From positions 161,882,001 through 161,946,000 of the forward strand of contig OX597814.1 in NCBI GenBank assembly GCA_951406725.2: a DNA stretch of 64,000 bases. Direction: 5' to 3'. Position numbers and translations under genes: made by a program. The notes beneath the pieces are model-generated. The model did not search any database, was not told the origin of the DNA, and worked only from the letters and a program-made list of their open reading frames with translations. This DNA is from Octopus vulgaris. Taxonomy: Eukaryota. Below are positions 23,370 to 37,809 of this stretch, piece after piece; position 1 is the first letter of the stretch, and each line of letters begins with the position of its first letter.

Positions 23370-24880
23370 GTTTAACACCTATTTTCCATGCTGGCATGGG
23401 GTGGATGGTTTGACTGAGGTCAGCCAGCAGCAGCACTCGGCTCTAATCTGATCTGGTAATGTTTCTACAGCTGGATGTCCTTCCTAACGCCAACCACTCT
23501 GAGAGTGTAGTAGGTGCTTTTTACATGTCACTAGCACAGGAGCCAGTCAGGTGGGCCTGGCAGTGATCACGTTTGGATAGTGTTTGGGGTCGATAAATTA
23601 AGTACCAGTTACGCACTGGGGTCGATGGAATCGACTTAATACCTATGTCTGTCCTTGTTTGTCCCATCTATGTTTAGCCCCTTGTGGGTAATAAAGAAAT
23701 AGGTACTGGCATCAGCCACATTTGAATGGTGCTTTTCATGTGTCATCAGCATGGGAGCCAGTCAGGTAGCCCTGGCTCCCATCATATTTCGATGGTGCTT
23801 TTTACATGCCACCAGCACGGGAGCCAGTCAGGTTGATCTGGTATCAACCACATTCGGATGATGCATTTTACATGCCACTGGAATGGGAGCTATTCAGAGG
23901 ACACTGGCCACAGCTGCGATTTTGGTTTTACTTGACTCAGCAGATCTTTTCAAGCATATCATATTGCCCGATGCATCAAAGGTACTCTTCAATGGGTTGG
24001 ACATGCAACACTGGCATCAGCCACGCTTGTGATCTCACTTTAGATGCCGGGTCTTTTCAATCACAGCATATCTCCAAAGGTCTTGGTCTTCTGTCATTGC
24101 ATCAGTGAGGCCCAATGTTTGAAGGTCATGCTTCACCACCTCATCTCATATCTTTCTGGGTCTACCTCTTCCACAGGTTCCTTCCACAGTTAGGGTGTGG
24201 CACTTCCTCACACAGCTGTCCTCATCCATACGTAACATATGACCATACTAGTGCAGTTATCTCTCTTGCACCCCACATTTGATGCTTCTTATGTCCAACT
24301 CTCTCTCAGGGCACTCACACTTGTTTTGTTTGCACAGTAACATTACACATCTAGTGGATCATACTAGCTTCATTTCTTTCAAGCCTACACATGTCCTCAG
24401 CAGTCATGGCCCATGTTTCACTGCCATGTAGCATGGTAGTTCACACACATGCATCATACAGTCTACCTTTCATCCTGAGCAAGAGGCCCTTAGTTGCCAG
24501 CAGAGGTAGGAGCTCCCTGAACTTTGCCCAGGCTAATCTTATTGTAGCCACTACACTCTCAGAGCAACCACCTCAACTACAGACTTGGTCACCTAGGTAG
24601 CAGAAGCTATCAACAACTTCTAGTTTTTACCCCTGGCATATGATGGAATCTGTTTTCTGTACATCTTCAGTGTTTATTGCCCCTGTGCATCTGCCACACA
24701 CAAAAACTATCTTCCCGGTTAACCTTCCTTTGATATTGCTGCAACTTTTTTGAATCCATAGCTTACACTGGGTACATTGTATGGAGTTTCTACCCACGCC
24801 TTTTCTACAGATCAAGCAGGGCCATCTACCTGAAGAGGTTTGTGATTTGTCAGCCTTCCTACTTACTAAGACTTATGTTT
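23332..24880 (-). mobile_element. Degenerate RTE LINE 3' portion with a nested SINE fragment (23585-23703)
   Basis: ICRKGVGRNSIQCTQCKLW zinc-knuckle-like segment, also seen in the 53445 copy; (CAT)n tail; stop codons. Confidence 0.9.
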
Positions 24881-24944
24881 TATTATAGACACCACAAAAT
24901 GTGATTGGCTGTAATATATTCCAGTAGATGTGTTGCTTATCTAC

Positions 24945-25319
24945 ATGAGACACCTACCATATTCTGAGCGCCTTGTTTCCCTGGGCATGGATTCACTGAA
25001 GCTCTGGCATCTGGCGATGGACTTGGTAAACACCCACAAAGTTATCAACCACCTCACCAACAACAACACTGAACACCTTTTTGATCTCCATGTGTCTAAC
25101 ACACGTGGACATGCCTACAAAGTCAGAAAACAACACAGCTCCCATGACTTTCGGAAACATTTTTTCACGCTCAGAGTTGCTGAAGCATGGAATAAACTGC
25201 CTGCGTCAGTTGTTGACTGCCATGACATTGCATCCTTTAAGGCCCTCATGCTTTCCGAAACTACACCTGATTATATATACACTTTAGATGAGTTGTAGTG
25301 CACCTGAGCATTGTACACA

Positions 25320-25383
<64 letters not shown>
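24945..25383 (+). mobile_element. CR1-type LINE 3' fragment
   Basis: LPYSERLVSLGMDSL...TRGHAYKV...FFTLRVAEAWNKLP; long (ATT)n tail. Confidence 0.9.
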
Positions 25384-25384
<1 letters not shown>

Positions 25385-27315
25385 GAGTAGTATATTGCTT
25401 GCTGTGATAAAATGACCAAATATGGTAATACTAGCCAACTCATTGATCCAAATCTAAACAAAGATACCATAAGCTCAATCTCAAGGGGCTATATAAAGAA
25501 ATATGTTGTCTTGTTAGTGTGATTTGGAGGAAGAGGAAGTGACCAGAGTTTTTGCAGGCTCTCAGACACTAATGAAAAATATTTATCATTGAGCTAGCAT
25601 ATTTTTTATTTACAACTAAGTGATGTGAGCCAGTGGGAGTTAATTGACTTTTCTACAGAGAGAACAGCTCTGATGATGGCCCATAAATCACTGAAGCAAA
25701 TGTCTATAAGAAAGAAATTCTGAAATAACATCTGCCTCATTGTGAAGTCAGAGATCTTACTCTTGCTTGTTTCCGAACTACTTGACTTTGTAAGTGAGAA
25801 TCTTAGCCGTGTTGTACAAGCTATCATTGACTTTAAATTACTGCACAAGTATTGCTGACAGCCATTGTCTTTAACATCTAGGACAAGATAATTTGTTTGT
25901 GGTGACCTTACTTATTTACGAGTCAACAGCCACTTTGTATGTATGTATATATATGTGCATGCGTGTATGTCCATGCATGTATGCGCATGTGTGTGGGTGT
26001 GCAAGCAAGCATGTTTGTATGTGTATGTGTGGAAGCATGTGTCATGTGTGCGAGTGTGTGTGTGTGTGTGTGTGCATTCACGTGTGTGCATGCATGCACA
26101 TATGTGTATGACTGTGTTCGTTTACATACAGGCTCTACAAAAATTGCTTGCTGCAAGTAGTGTTGTTGTTGTCACTTGCAGAAGGACATTTGGCTATAGA
26201 ATACTGCTTCAGAAGATTTGCCCAACATATGCCAACATAAAAGCAATAATGATGAACATGATACTGTATTTCTATTTCTTATTTACAGCACCTTGCTTTA
26301 TTTACTTAATAAATACAATACATTAAAAAAAATTTTTGTGAACAAGAGAATATTCACAATAACAGCCTCTTAAATCCCCAATGCTGCCACTACTTGGAAA
26401 GTTTACTGTATTAATAAATAAGTTTATCATCTTGAATAAGTTGTATACAATGGGGAGAAGAATAAATAACATTTCTAGACTGTCTCTTTATCTGAGACAT
26501 TGAAGAAAAAATATTCAAAATTATAAAAGAATTCTTTCTTTCCCTCTCTCTCCGTCTCCCTTTCTCTCTGTATCCCTCTCCCTCCCTCTCTCTCCTCTCT
26601 CTGATTAAGTGTCAGCCTTGATACATCAGTTTTTTTTTCAACCTAAAGCAGACAAACTTTTTCCACCAAGGGCAAATAAACTTATCAAAATCTCAGTAAC
26701 TTCACTGTATAATTTTTGCTGATGCAGACTGTCATGCCTACAACTAAATTAGTGCTAATTAAAAAACATCTCCCCTGGTTAGTAATGAGCATTATTGCAT
26801 TTCCATTAATTCTGTCTCTCTTTACAAAATATTTCTGATCAAGCTAGCTTAATTGACAAGATTTCCTTTCTACAAATCAGTAAAATTTGTCAGGAATAGA
26901 AAAAGAAAGAAGAAAAACTATATATAAATAAAATAAAACCAAAAAATTGTTTTACATTTTTCTAAAAATTTTTTTTGTTTTTACCCCTAATTAATTTGTG
27001 AAAATATGAAATCAAGATTAAATGGAAAACAAAATCTTGTACAAATTTTGAAAATTCTGTCAAATTACATTCTAAGTCATTTTTAACATTTTGATTTTTT
27101 TTTCTTAAATGTTTCATCATAATTCTTCTGGCTATAAAATGGCTGTATGGTTCAGAAGTAGTTTCAGGTTTGATCTCATTGGGTTGCACCTTGGGCAAAT
27201 GTCTTTTACTACAGATCCAGGCAACCAATGCTTAGTGATTAGATTTAGTAATGGAATCTGTAAAAGCCTGTCACATATATGTATATGTATATGTGTAATA
27301 TATATGCATGTATGT

Positions 27316-27386
<71 letters not shown>

Positions 27387-27718
27387 ATGCGTGTCCATGC
27401 ATGTTTTGGTGAATATTCACATTCTGCACCTTGCAATGGAAATCTTAGAGCTTTCAATGGTAAGGTTTGTTAACATAGCTCTCTACCCTTGCCAATAAAT
27501 CATCCAGTGGCCCTGTGCTTTTCATGATGAGTGGAATGAAAACTTCTTTACTTGAAATACATGTAATGGTTAACAACAAGGACATCTGGCTATAAAAAGC
27601 AATGCCTCAATATGTATTCATCCAACCCATGCTAGCATTGAAAAATGTATATAAAAGCAATCAAATCAACAAACGAATAGTTATGACTATGGTTCAGCAG
27701 AAACAGTTGAATGCAGAA

Positions 27719-27774
<56 letters not shown>

Positions 27775-28439
27775 AACAGTATTTAGTTCTTTCCTTTTAC
27801 ATCCTGAATTCATATGCTGTTGTTGACTTTGACATTTCTCAATCTAGAGAAATAATATAAATTATAGAGGCTACTTCTCTCCTACAGTATATCAGATCAC
27901 CTATGAGTGCTATGAATAAAGTAACATGTTTTCTTGTACAACCTGTTGCATGGTCAAGTTGTTAGTGACTAAACCAGCTGCCCCACCAAGCCTGGTGACA
28001 CAGGCTGCTAGAAATCCAACAAGGCAAAAATACTTGTCAAAAGAGTTAGATGAACTTAATGTCAAGTTAGTGTATATCTAGCAGTAGCACAGGAACTTAG
28101 AAATTATGGATTTGTGTATGATGTCGGTAGAGAAGCACCCTTTGGCTGTGGTTAAAGTTTGCTTCTAGAAAAAGGCAATATTGCATCCTCAGACACATTA
28201 GCATAATAGCATGGCAGATACTTTTGGCTCAGCAGCCTTTGAAAGCTAAGAAAAGGACAATTTTGAGCATAACTCATCACTATCTATGAGTGTCTGAAGA
28301 GGCAAAGTCTAAAGGAGTCAGCTCTAGCAATAAATTAGGACCAAGAAGAACTCTGGTTCCAATGCCCTAAATCATTCTGAAAGAGCCTGAAGATGCAGCA
28401 ACAAATGGGTTGTTTCTGAAGCCCCAATACTCAGCCATG

Positions 28440-28787
28440 TGGATAGGAATCAGAGACTCCTCTCAGTCACAAATGACCATGGGATTGCACCTAGAAAGTT
28501 ACTCTCCAAGGCACAAGTCTGGGCATGGTTGTTTATGGAAGACCAGCAGTCGCCCATGCATACCAGCCTCCCCTCTCCATGCCACCGATGTCATCCAAGG
28601 GAAAGGCAAAGGAGGATACAACTTGGCACCAGTGATGTCGCAACTCATTCCTACAGCTGAGTGAACTGGAGCAACGTGAAATTAAGTGTCTTGCTCAAGA
28701 ACACAGCACGCAGCCCAGTCTGGGAGTTGAACTTCCAACCCCATGGTCATAAGTTCGATACTCTAACCACTGAGCCATGCACCTTCA
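28440..28787 (-). mobile_element. tRNA-derived SINE
   Basis: Minus strand begins gaaggtgcatggctcagtggttagag...gttcaactcccag; shares gagtgaactggagcaacgtgaaat with 11611. Confidence 0.7.
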
Positions 28788-29308
28788 CGGATGGGAATAC
28801 TCATTCATTTAATACCCCACAAATGTGGGATATTAAATCATCACTGATATTATTGAAATGCATAGTGTATAGGTAGATTTAGTGGAGCATCAAACAAAAA
28901 ATCTTGTATTTCTGTCTTTTTACTAAGTTCGAATCCTTCTAAGGTCACTATTATTTTTCATCATTCTAGGGTCAATAAAATAAAGAACCAAACAGGTACT
29001 GGGGTTGATAAAAGAAAGTGCCATTCAAATTCTATGGTTGTACTTGTACTTATAAAATAAAGTTCCAGTCAAGTGCTTGGTCAATAAAACAAAGTACCAA
29101 TGAAGTACAGAGTTGATAAAATACAGTACCATAAAATAACAGCCAAGTATTAAGATCATAAAGTGCCAGTCAAGTACTGGGATCAAGATAATCAACTATA
29201 CCATTCCTAAAATTTGAACCCATGCACCAATGTCAGAAATTATAATCATTATTCAACTTAAGCAGTGCCAAATATCTTGAGAATTGTGCACTTTATTGCA
29301 TGAACAGT

Positions 29309-29400
29309 TATTTCCCAAACAATTTGTTAGAATTTGTCAGATATTTCGCAAACAATTTGTTAGAATTTGTCAGATATTTCCCAAACAATTTGTTAGAATA
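29309..29400. repeat. 33-bp minisatellite, about 2.8 copies
   Basis: tatttcccaaacaatttgttagaatttgtcaga at 29309, 29342 and 29375. Confidence 0.9.
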
Positions 29401-30849
29401 GATAATTTTCTAGTTTTTTTTTAATACAAAAAGTATTTTTCTATGCTCGTTAGATATATGAAATTTTGTCTTATTGTATCCAACTTTATGTCAAATCTCC
29501 TAAGAATTATTAACTTATTGACTTCAAAAGAGACTTGAATAGTTTGGGGATGAGATTTTACCACTTCTTCAATGTGCAAAATGCCAAAATTTCTACTGTA
29601 AGCTGGCAGATCTGTCAGAAATATGAAAATTTGGCCATTTTTTCCAGCTTAGAAAGTGTCAAATATCTTGAGAATTACTATTCACTTTGTTGCATCCAAA
29701 TATACTTAACTATTTCACTTGCAGTTTTTAGAATAGATAATTTTCTAGTTTTTTCATGTGAAAATGCACAATTTTCCCAAATCCCAAAGCTGTTTGAAAT
29801 TTGAAAATTTATCTCTTTTAATGTAAAAATACTTCAGGGACCAGATTAGGATATGAGTTAAGAGAGAATTGATGGGGGTCATTATCAAAAATAGGTGGTG
29901 GGTTTCACTAGAAGTTTTTAAAAAATGGAGAAACAGCCATTTGTTTTAGCAAAGTGTTAGCTGTAGATAATAACAGATTAGAAGAGGAACTAATATGTCA
30001 CTTAGAAGAGGTGCATTGAAGAGGCATTGAAAGCAATATGGTAGCGATGTGAATGACACTTGAACTTAGCTTTGAAACAAAACATGAAGGATGTATTATT
30101 CAAGCTAATGCAAAGGCACTGAAGCATCATGGCAGGGTAGTTATTCATTGAGCTTATATGGCAGACACACAACATGGCAACATAGCTAAAATTCAGTCTT
30201 TGATGAAATAGATTCCAAACAGGTATGTGTATTTTACCAATGGCTCTTTGCTAAACTGTTTTCAGTAAGTGATTACTGGTGGCAGTGAACCTTAATGCCT
30301 ACCTTGATGGTTTGTTGCAAATCTTGAACAGAGTGGTAGAGTACTGCATAAAGAGATTTCAGCTGATGAAGTGCAGTATATTCTGAACCACTTAGTGAAG
30401 GGTAAATCACTTGGTTTGGAAGTTCTGTTCAATGAGATCCATTTCCACATTCTAAATTTCATTCACTATCAGCCATTTCCTGCAGCTAGCAGCAGAATGC
30501 AAGCATCTCCTGTTGAACCAAGGAGTGGTAACACTTTTGAGAAAGAACCTGAACAAGGAAAGTTTAAGACCCATAAACTACTTGTTAAAGATTTTAACAA
30601 AAATGCTTGCCAGAAGGTTGGCATTTGTTGTTTGTTGAAGACAGGCAAACATGTGTGAGCTCTTGTAGATCTATCTATGACAATCTCTACTTCATGTAAA
30701 AAAATAGAGGTAAATTGTCAGAATCCTTAGAACATTGGTTAGCATTTGTTCCTGCTTTTTTCAATCAGAATTCAAATCCCATTAAAATCAACTTTGCCTT
30801 TCATCCTCCCAGGGTCAATGAAATATGATACTAAATTATAGTTATAGAT

Positions 30850-31052
30850 TGGCAGAATTATTAGAGCATTGGTTTTGTCTGCCGTTACGTTCAGAGTTCA
30901 AATTCTGCCGAGGTCGACTTTGCTTTTCATCCTTTCGGAGTCGATAAATTAAGTACCAGTTATGCACTGGAGTTGATATAATTGACTTAATTCCTTTGTC
31001 TGTCCTTGCTTGTCCCCTCTATGTTCAGACCCTTGTGGGCGATAAATAAATA
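30850..31052 (+). mobile_element. tRNA-derived SINE
   Basis: gagttcaaattctgccgaggtcgactttgc...gataaattaagtaccagt, homologous to 45022-45252. Confidence 0.8.
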
Positions 31053-31544
31053 AGAATTATTAGAGCATTGAATAAAATTCTTTGTGGTTCTCCTTTTAGT
31101 TTTTTGCATTCTAAGCACTCTGGCAGATATAGCAAACCTGTCTGCATCTAACCAACAAAATAGTGTCTTGTAAATAATATTTGAATGACAGCAAGAAAAA
31201 AACCAACTTCATATTCTTTAAAAAAAATTCATGACCGCATCATAGTACTTGTCAATGAAGTCACCAGGGGATGTTCATTGGTCTTATGATGCAAAAAGAA
31301 AGAAGAGTGATTGAAAGGCAATATCAATCAAAGTGAGATATAGACTTAGAATGTAGAGGAAACAATACTGTTAAACATTTAGTCTGGTATTGCTTTTATT
31401 TTGTCAAAGGAGATAGGGTGTCATCCTGATAATTTCCAGAGCTACCAGGACAGATGGGAGGATAGGAGAAAATTATTCTCAGACCAGTGATCTGACCTGA
31501 ATTCTTACAACTGAGTGCACTGAGCTAAAGACATTACTCTAAAC

Positions 31545-34061
31545 CAGAGGTTCTCAAACTTTTTGAGCCACCGCCCCATCACCTCATGGCTACTTAATAC
31601 CCCCAGTGCCCCCCAACCACATGGTTCCAGGTTCAGTCCCATTGCATGGCACCTTGGGCAAGTGTCTTCTACTATAGCCTTGAGCCAATCAAAGCCTTGT
31701 GAGTGGATTTGGTAGACAGAAACTGGAAGAAGCCCGTTGTGTATATATATATGTATATGTTTGTCCCCCCCACTCTCACTTGACAACCGGTGTTGGAGTG
31801 TTTACATCCCTGTAACTTAGCGGTTTGGCAAAAGAGACTGATAGATTAAGTACTAGGCTTACAAAGAATAAGTCCTGGGGTTGATTTGTTCAACTAAAGG
31901 CGGTGCTCCAGCATGGCTGCAGTCAAATGACTGAAACAAATAAAAGAATAAAAATAAATATTTTATATTTTACTAATTTATATATATTATGAATCATTTG
32001 ATATTTAATATATTATATCATTTGTATACAATGCTATAATAATATTATAAATTCATAGCGTCCCCCAATCTACTGCCAAAAAAGAAACCTTCATTGCATA
32101 TTCTTACTCGATAAAATAATACAAAAATTTTCAATGCATATTGGAGAAGTCAGTATCATAGAGGCATGTGTGTTTTTTAAAGGTTTTAATTATATCAGGA
32201 GAAGGCTTTGGGCTTAACAAAGTGTCTTTGTTAGGTGTGAAATTAAATTGTGTCACTTGAACAACTACATAATAATTTTATTTGTCATATATTATATACA
32301 CAAATAACAAACATTGGAAGTATAGCAGATATGGCTAAGTGTGTCAAAGAAAGGCATTTTGGTGTAAGCAGAGAATATATGGTGATCTATGTTGAAATAT
32401 CATAATACAAACCTTAGTGAATTAATTGAATTTTCACAGAGAAGAAATAATCTTTTTCTTCAAGAATGTGGGAGAGAAAAGTGTTCAAAAGCATTTGGCT
32501 GTTGGACAAAGGTCTCCGAGATTTCCTGAAGGTTTAACGTTATTTACACTTCTGTTGTAGTTCTTCTCTCTTTGAGGTAGAGCAGAAACAGATCTTGTCA
32601 CCTCTCTTTTTTTCAAAAGAACATTTAGTGGTAACATTCAGCAAAGTGCTGCACACATGCGCAGTGATAGTGTTTTAATAAATGGAACTTTCCACTTCAT
32701 AAATGCAAACAATATGTGAAGAAAGATAGTTCACTCACTTTGATACATCACCATAGTATCCCGGGACAAACCAATAAGGTGTTAGGAAAAAAGGGAAGCA
32801 ACATTGTAATACAAAAATTGAAAAATAAAGAACAAAATATGAAAATATACTGAAAGCAAGTGTCAGTAGTATGCTACCCAGAAAGGTAGTTTCCATATGT
32901 AATTTATGACTGCTAAAAAACTATGCACAACTTTACATGAAATAGACATCACAAAATACATATATATACAGCAAATAAGAAAACGGAGAGGATATAAAAT
33001 CAGCTTGTAAACATTCCAGTATGTCTATTTATTCAAATGTATTGGATGAATATATACACATGTATGAGTGAAGGGTGTGAAAGCATATAAGCATATAGAA
33101 GCAATTGAGCAAAAGAGCAAATTGGCAATAAACTGAATTGGTGAGCAAGTGCTAGTTCCTTGCCGTTTCTGCCAAGAGGCAACGAAACCTTTCGAGGTTA
33201 TCTTCATCTTTTCAGTGTTATGCAGGGATGAGCAGACAATGCTTGGAAAATGGGTGTGCCCCTAGGCTTCTTCAGAGGGTCTAAGTGGTTGGTGGGGTTA
33301 ACTCATATAAAAGTTAGTTAAGAATAGCTAAAGTGTGTTTATCCTTTTAAATAGAGCAGAAGGAGAATAAGAGCAAGAGCAAACACAAGAATACAAGTGG
33401 AGTACATCATAGTACAATGATTTGGGCATAGCAAGAGGAAATAAGATACAGACTTCCCATAATGTATTTTAGGATCCATGTTATTTCATCCAGTGGTGGG
33501 TAGGTGAAATTAGTCGTTCTCAGGAGGAGTTCTTCCAGGAGAGATAATTTTAGGCAGTAGTTCACATTGTGTTTCCATAGAACTTTAGCCATGGGTTTGA
33601 TGGTATGGTCCATGTTACAGAGGTGAAAGTTTATATGTAGAGTGCTGGTTAGTAGGTGTAGCATTGCAGAGGGTATGGCATAAGCAACTTATAAGGAATA
33701 CATCTTGTGAAAATTTGGTGCATGAGTATATATATCAATGATATGAGTGTGTATGGGTGTTTGCACATACCACAACCAAATTTTCTTCTATATAAGCAAC
33801 ACCAAACTAGAATATTGCTTTAATAGCAACTGGTGTCTCTAACATTGCAAAAATTTGATGAATCCTAGTCCTGTTAAATGGAGAAAAGAAAGCCAAACAA
33901 GTTTTCATACTTACATGGGCGGAATAAAACTAACAGCCTCTCCTTTCCTCCCTTCTTTTTCTCTACCACATCCCCCCTACTGCCCACTTAGGCACCAGCA
34001 CCCACCTGGACTGTCTCAACGCCCACGGGGGAGGGGGTAGCATCCACTTTGAGAACCTATA
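31545..34061. mobile_element. Non-autonomous hAT (Charlie-like) element, 2.5 kb, with a nested SINE at 31615-31955
   Basis: TIRs cagaggttctcaaa / tttgagaacctata and a perfect 8-bp TSD ctctaaac (31537-31544, 34062-34069). Confidence 0.75.
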
Positions 34062-34162
34062 CTCTAAACATACCTATTAATTAAATTTCCTTCTCTGCCT
34101 TTATGTGTGACTGAACCCAGAACTACATAGTTTTGAAATGGTTTGCTTAACCACACAGTAAT

Positions 34163-34515
34163 ATCATCATGATCATCATCTTTTAATGTCCATTTTCCGT
34201 GCTAGCACGAGTTAGACAGTTCGACCGGGGTCTGGGAAGCCAGGAGGCTGACCAGGCTCCAGTCTGATATGGCAGTGTTTCTACAGCTGGATGCCCTTCC
34301 TAACGCCAACCACTCCGTGAGTGTAGTGGGTGCTTTTTACGTGCCACTGGCACTGGTGCCAAGGGAGGCTGGCAGCAGCCACGATTGGTTGGTGTTTTTT
34401 ACGTGCCACCGGCACAGAAGCCAGTCAAGGCGGCGCTGGCATCGGCTATGTTTGGATAGTGCTTTTTACATGCCACCGGCACAGGTATCACAACTACAAT
34501 TTACAATTTCCACTA
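34163..34515 (-). mobile_element. RTE LINE 3' UTR fragment
   Basis: Same 3' UTR as 3210. Confidence 0.85.
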
Positions 34516-35136
34516 CAACTACAATACAAGTATAGGTACAGATTCCTAAAAATTTAATAGATTATCATTTGATACTTTTCTTGGGAAAATATGCTTCAGA
34601 TTTTATTTGCCAAAATCATGGTATTGTATAGTCTTAATGTCTATATTTTATTGTATAAGATATTCGAGAATATTATACATTTTATCAAATAATTCATCAG
34701 TAAGCAATTTTCGTCTTTGTGTCCCTTTTAGGTTTATACCATGAAGTTCAGAAATATAGGCAAAAAAGAGAGTTTCAGGTGGATTCACATTATGAGAAAG
34801 AATGATTGTAATCAGTGATATATTATAGGGTGAAAAGAGTGAGTCATTGTGTGGAAAAGTATTTTAGTGAATGATGAATCTGGGCACTGCCAGGGGTGAC
34901 CTGCTGTTCACAGCTGAAATATTTCCTGACACTGAAAATAAAACCTATAGAGTTTTGGCATTTGGCAAAACGTGCGTTTTGTAGAGGAGGTCATGAGACT
35001 AAGTATTTGTTTGGATCTGATATGCAAAATTAGATCAAACACAGAAAATAACTTATGCTTTGTAAAATTATATATATATATATATGCATTAAAGATGTGT
35101 TAAAGAAATTTTTCCTTATCTTCTTTTCATTGAATA

Positions 35137-35199
<63 letters not shown>

Positions 35200-37121
35200 A
35201 TGTCCTAGCTTTTTATCTTCTAAGTATAATATCCAGTGAACCAATGAATGGCTCATGGAAAACTTATTACATATACATATTTTAAAAAGGTTTGTAGAAT
35301 ATGATTGATTTGTTGAAATGTGTTGTGGTGGTAAAAGGGTAGGGAAGCGTAGCTGTATAGCCACTTACTGAAAAACATGAGAGATATATGAGGGAGAGAT
35401 AATTGACCTACTATGTATGGCATAGTTGAATGGTTTAGTCAATATCTGCTTGGTTTTTTTTTTAAGAAGTATTCAATTTGCTTCCAACTCAATGCAATTT
35501 CTTTCCTTGCAACTGAAAGCAAAGTGCCTTGTGCATGCTCTTTTGCCAGCAATCTGTTATTCACAAAATACGAGATGTAAAAAAAAATGAATCAAATAAA
35601 TAGGTATATTTTTATGCTTTTATAAACTCTTAAAATCTAAAAATATATTTTATTCTTTCTCACATACCTTTAAAATATAACATATGATCATTTATTAAAA
35701 AGGTTTTTTTAAAGCATTCACTGATCCACAAATTCACTTTTTTATAATCTACCAAAGATACTCTTTATTTCTATTATTATTTCTCTTAATATCATTTAGA
35801 AAAAAATTATGATACAGTTTTCTGCATCACATCTGTTCTTGGTATAGTATTTTCTTTTTGATTTAAATTCTCATGCCATTTCTTGTAATTCACATCAATA
35901 AATCATGTACGAGAAATGACCATGTATTTGGTAAGCAATTCATCACTGTTTTCTTTCATTCTGCTATTTTGACATTTTGTTAAACAGAAAAGTTATTGAT
36001 GCTGCTCAAAGCTTTTAGCTAAATATCTTCTTACATACACATGCTTTGAAAATTATTCTGCCAAAAGCCCTGAAATTCCTCTAACCTGAAGCATTTTCCA
36101 ATTTAGAATTTTCTTCATATTTTCCCAACATAATTATAACTGTCTCTCAAGTTTGAACATCTTCAAAGGATATCGATTTTATATAGTTCATTGTTTATTT
36201 ATTTTATCTAATTCTTTTATCTAGTTCATATATTTTACCTCCAAGGTTTATACTTTACAAGTCTCTTTTTTCTTTTGTTCTTTCTCCATACCAATAATCT
36301 AAGAAATCTAAGTTCTTTCTTTATAAATGAAGTCATTAATATTAAAATAGGTGAGCACCTCAAAATCTAAGTCTGAGACCCAGTTTTAGATTCCTGGGCG
36401 TAACTACTTTACTTCACTTATGTTGCTAATAGAAGTTCTTGAGAAATACCTGAATGTCAGACATTATCATTTTCTCCTCTATAAATTTGAGGCTTTATAT
36501 AAAAATAAAATCAATATTGGTGATGCTATCTACCTTGATTTTTTTTTCCCAATTATCTTATGCATTGTCTGCACTTGATATCTCAGACATTTTCTATCAA
36601 TATTACATAATTCAACTTTAAAGAAAACCATGTTCTTATTTCATTAATGTTCCATGTTCATCAATTTATAAATCACAAGACTAATGATCAGATTCTTCAT
36701 CTGATAGCCAAACTTTGTTTTCATGAAATCAAGTATCCTACCAGACATAGCAGTCTTTATATTTTGTTCTACAGGATATCAATCATTTTTTGTTCTATCT
36801 TAAATCTTCTAATATTAAGTTGCTTAATAACTTCTTCCAAATCTGGTTTACTCGATCCTTAAGTATTGCTTACTTATTAGGGACAAACATTTATTAATCT
36901 GTACACTCTACATCTTTTCCCTATATTCTAATTTTCCTGACAAACTTTTAAAGAAACACTTCAAAACAATCCTATTATTTCCTTCAGACTATTTTTCATA
37001 ATAATCTGGGTAGTTAGAGTATAACTCAGATCATGTTTCTCCTCTATGGGAGACCAGCTGGGGGGAGGGGATTTTAAGTATAGCTTCAAACGTCAGTCAA
37101 ATTATTGACTGGTTATATTGT

Positions 37122-37318
37122 TCATCATCATCATCATCATCGTTTAGCGTCCGTTTTCCATGCTAGCATGGGTTGGACGGTTCTACTGGGGTCTGTGAAG
37201 CCAGAAGGCTTCATCAGGCCCAGTCAAATCTGGCAGTGTTTCTACGGCTGGATGCCCTTCCTAACGCCAACCACTCCGTGAGTGTAGTGGGTGCTTTTTA
37301 CGTGCCACCCGCACAGGG
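37122..37318 (-). mobile_element. RTE LINE extreme 3' fragment
   Basis: (CAT)n followed by cgtttagcgtccgttttccatgctagc...ggatgcccttcctaacgccaacc. Confidence 0.85.
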
Positions 37319-37727
37319 GTGTTGTTATTAATATTTTGTTATATATAATGAAATATCGTATTTGCTAGAGATGTTGATACCTTTCACTCACAATTCTTTA
37401 TAAAAGACAAAAGCTTTGTATACGTTCTCCTGAAAGCCTAACCTTTTAACAAAAGTATTTGGACATGGAATTAGTTGATGTTATTGCCAGAAATCGGGAT
37501 TTAAAAACCCATACTTCACTATCATTTCAATGTTCCCTTTTCCTAACTTGCATGAGCCAGATAGAATTGGTTGAAGCAAATTTTCTATGACTAGATGTCC
37601 TCTCCTGACACCAACTCACATTTGTTTCCAAGCAAGGTAATACTTTCTTATGATTGGATATGTTTTCACATAAGACTGGAAACAAATAACACTTGTTGTA
37701 TGACAGCAGCACTCATTTACAATTATG

Positions 37728-37809
<82 letters not shown>

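Noticed and set aside
25600-25870. Coding-looking unique stretch containing ctgatga
   Set aside because: Stop codons, no convincing splice sites or domain, and no GAAA or helices for a ribozyme.
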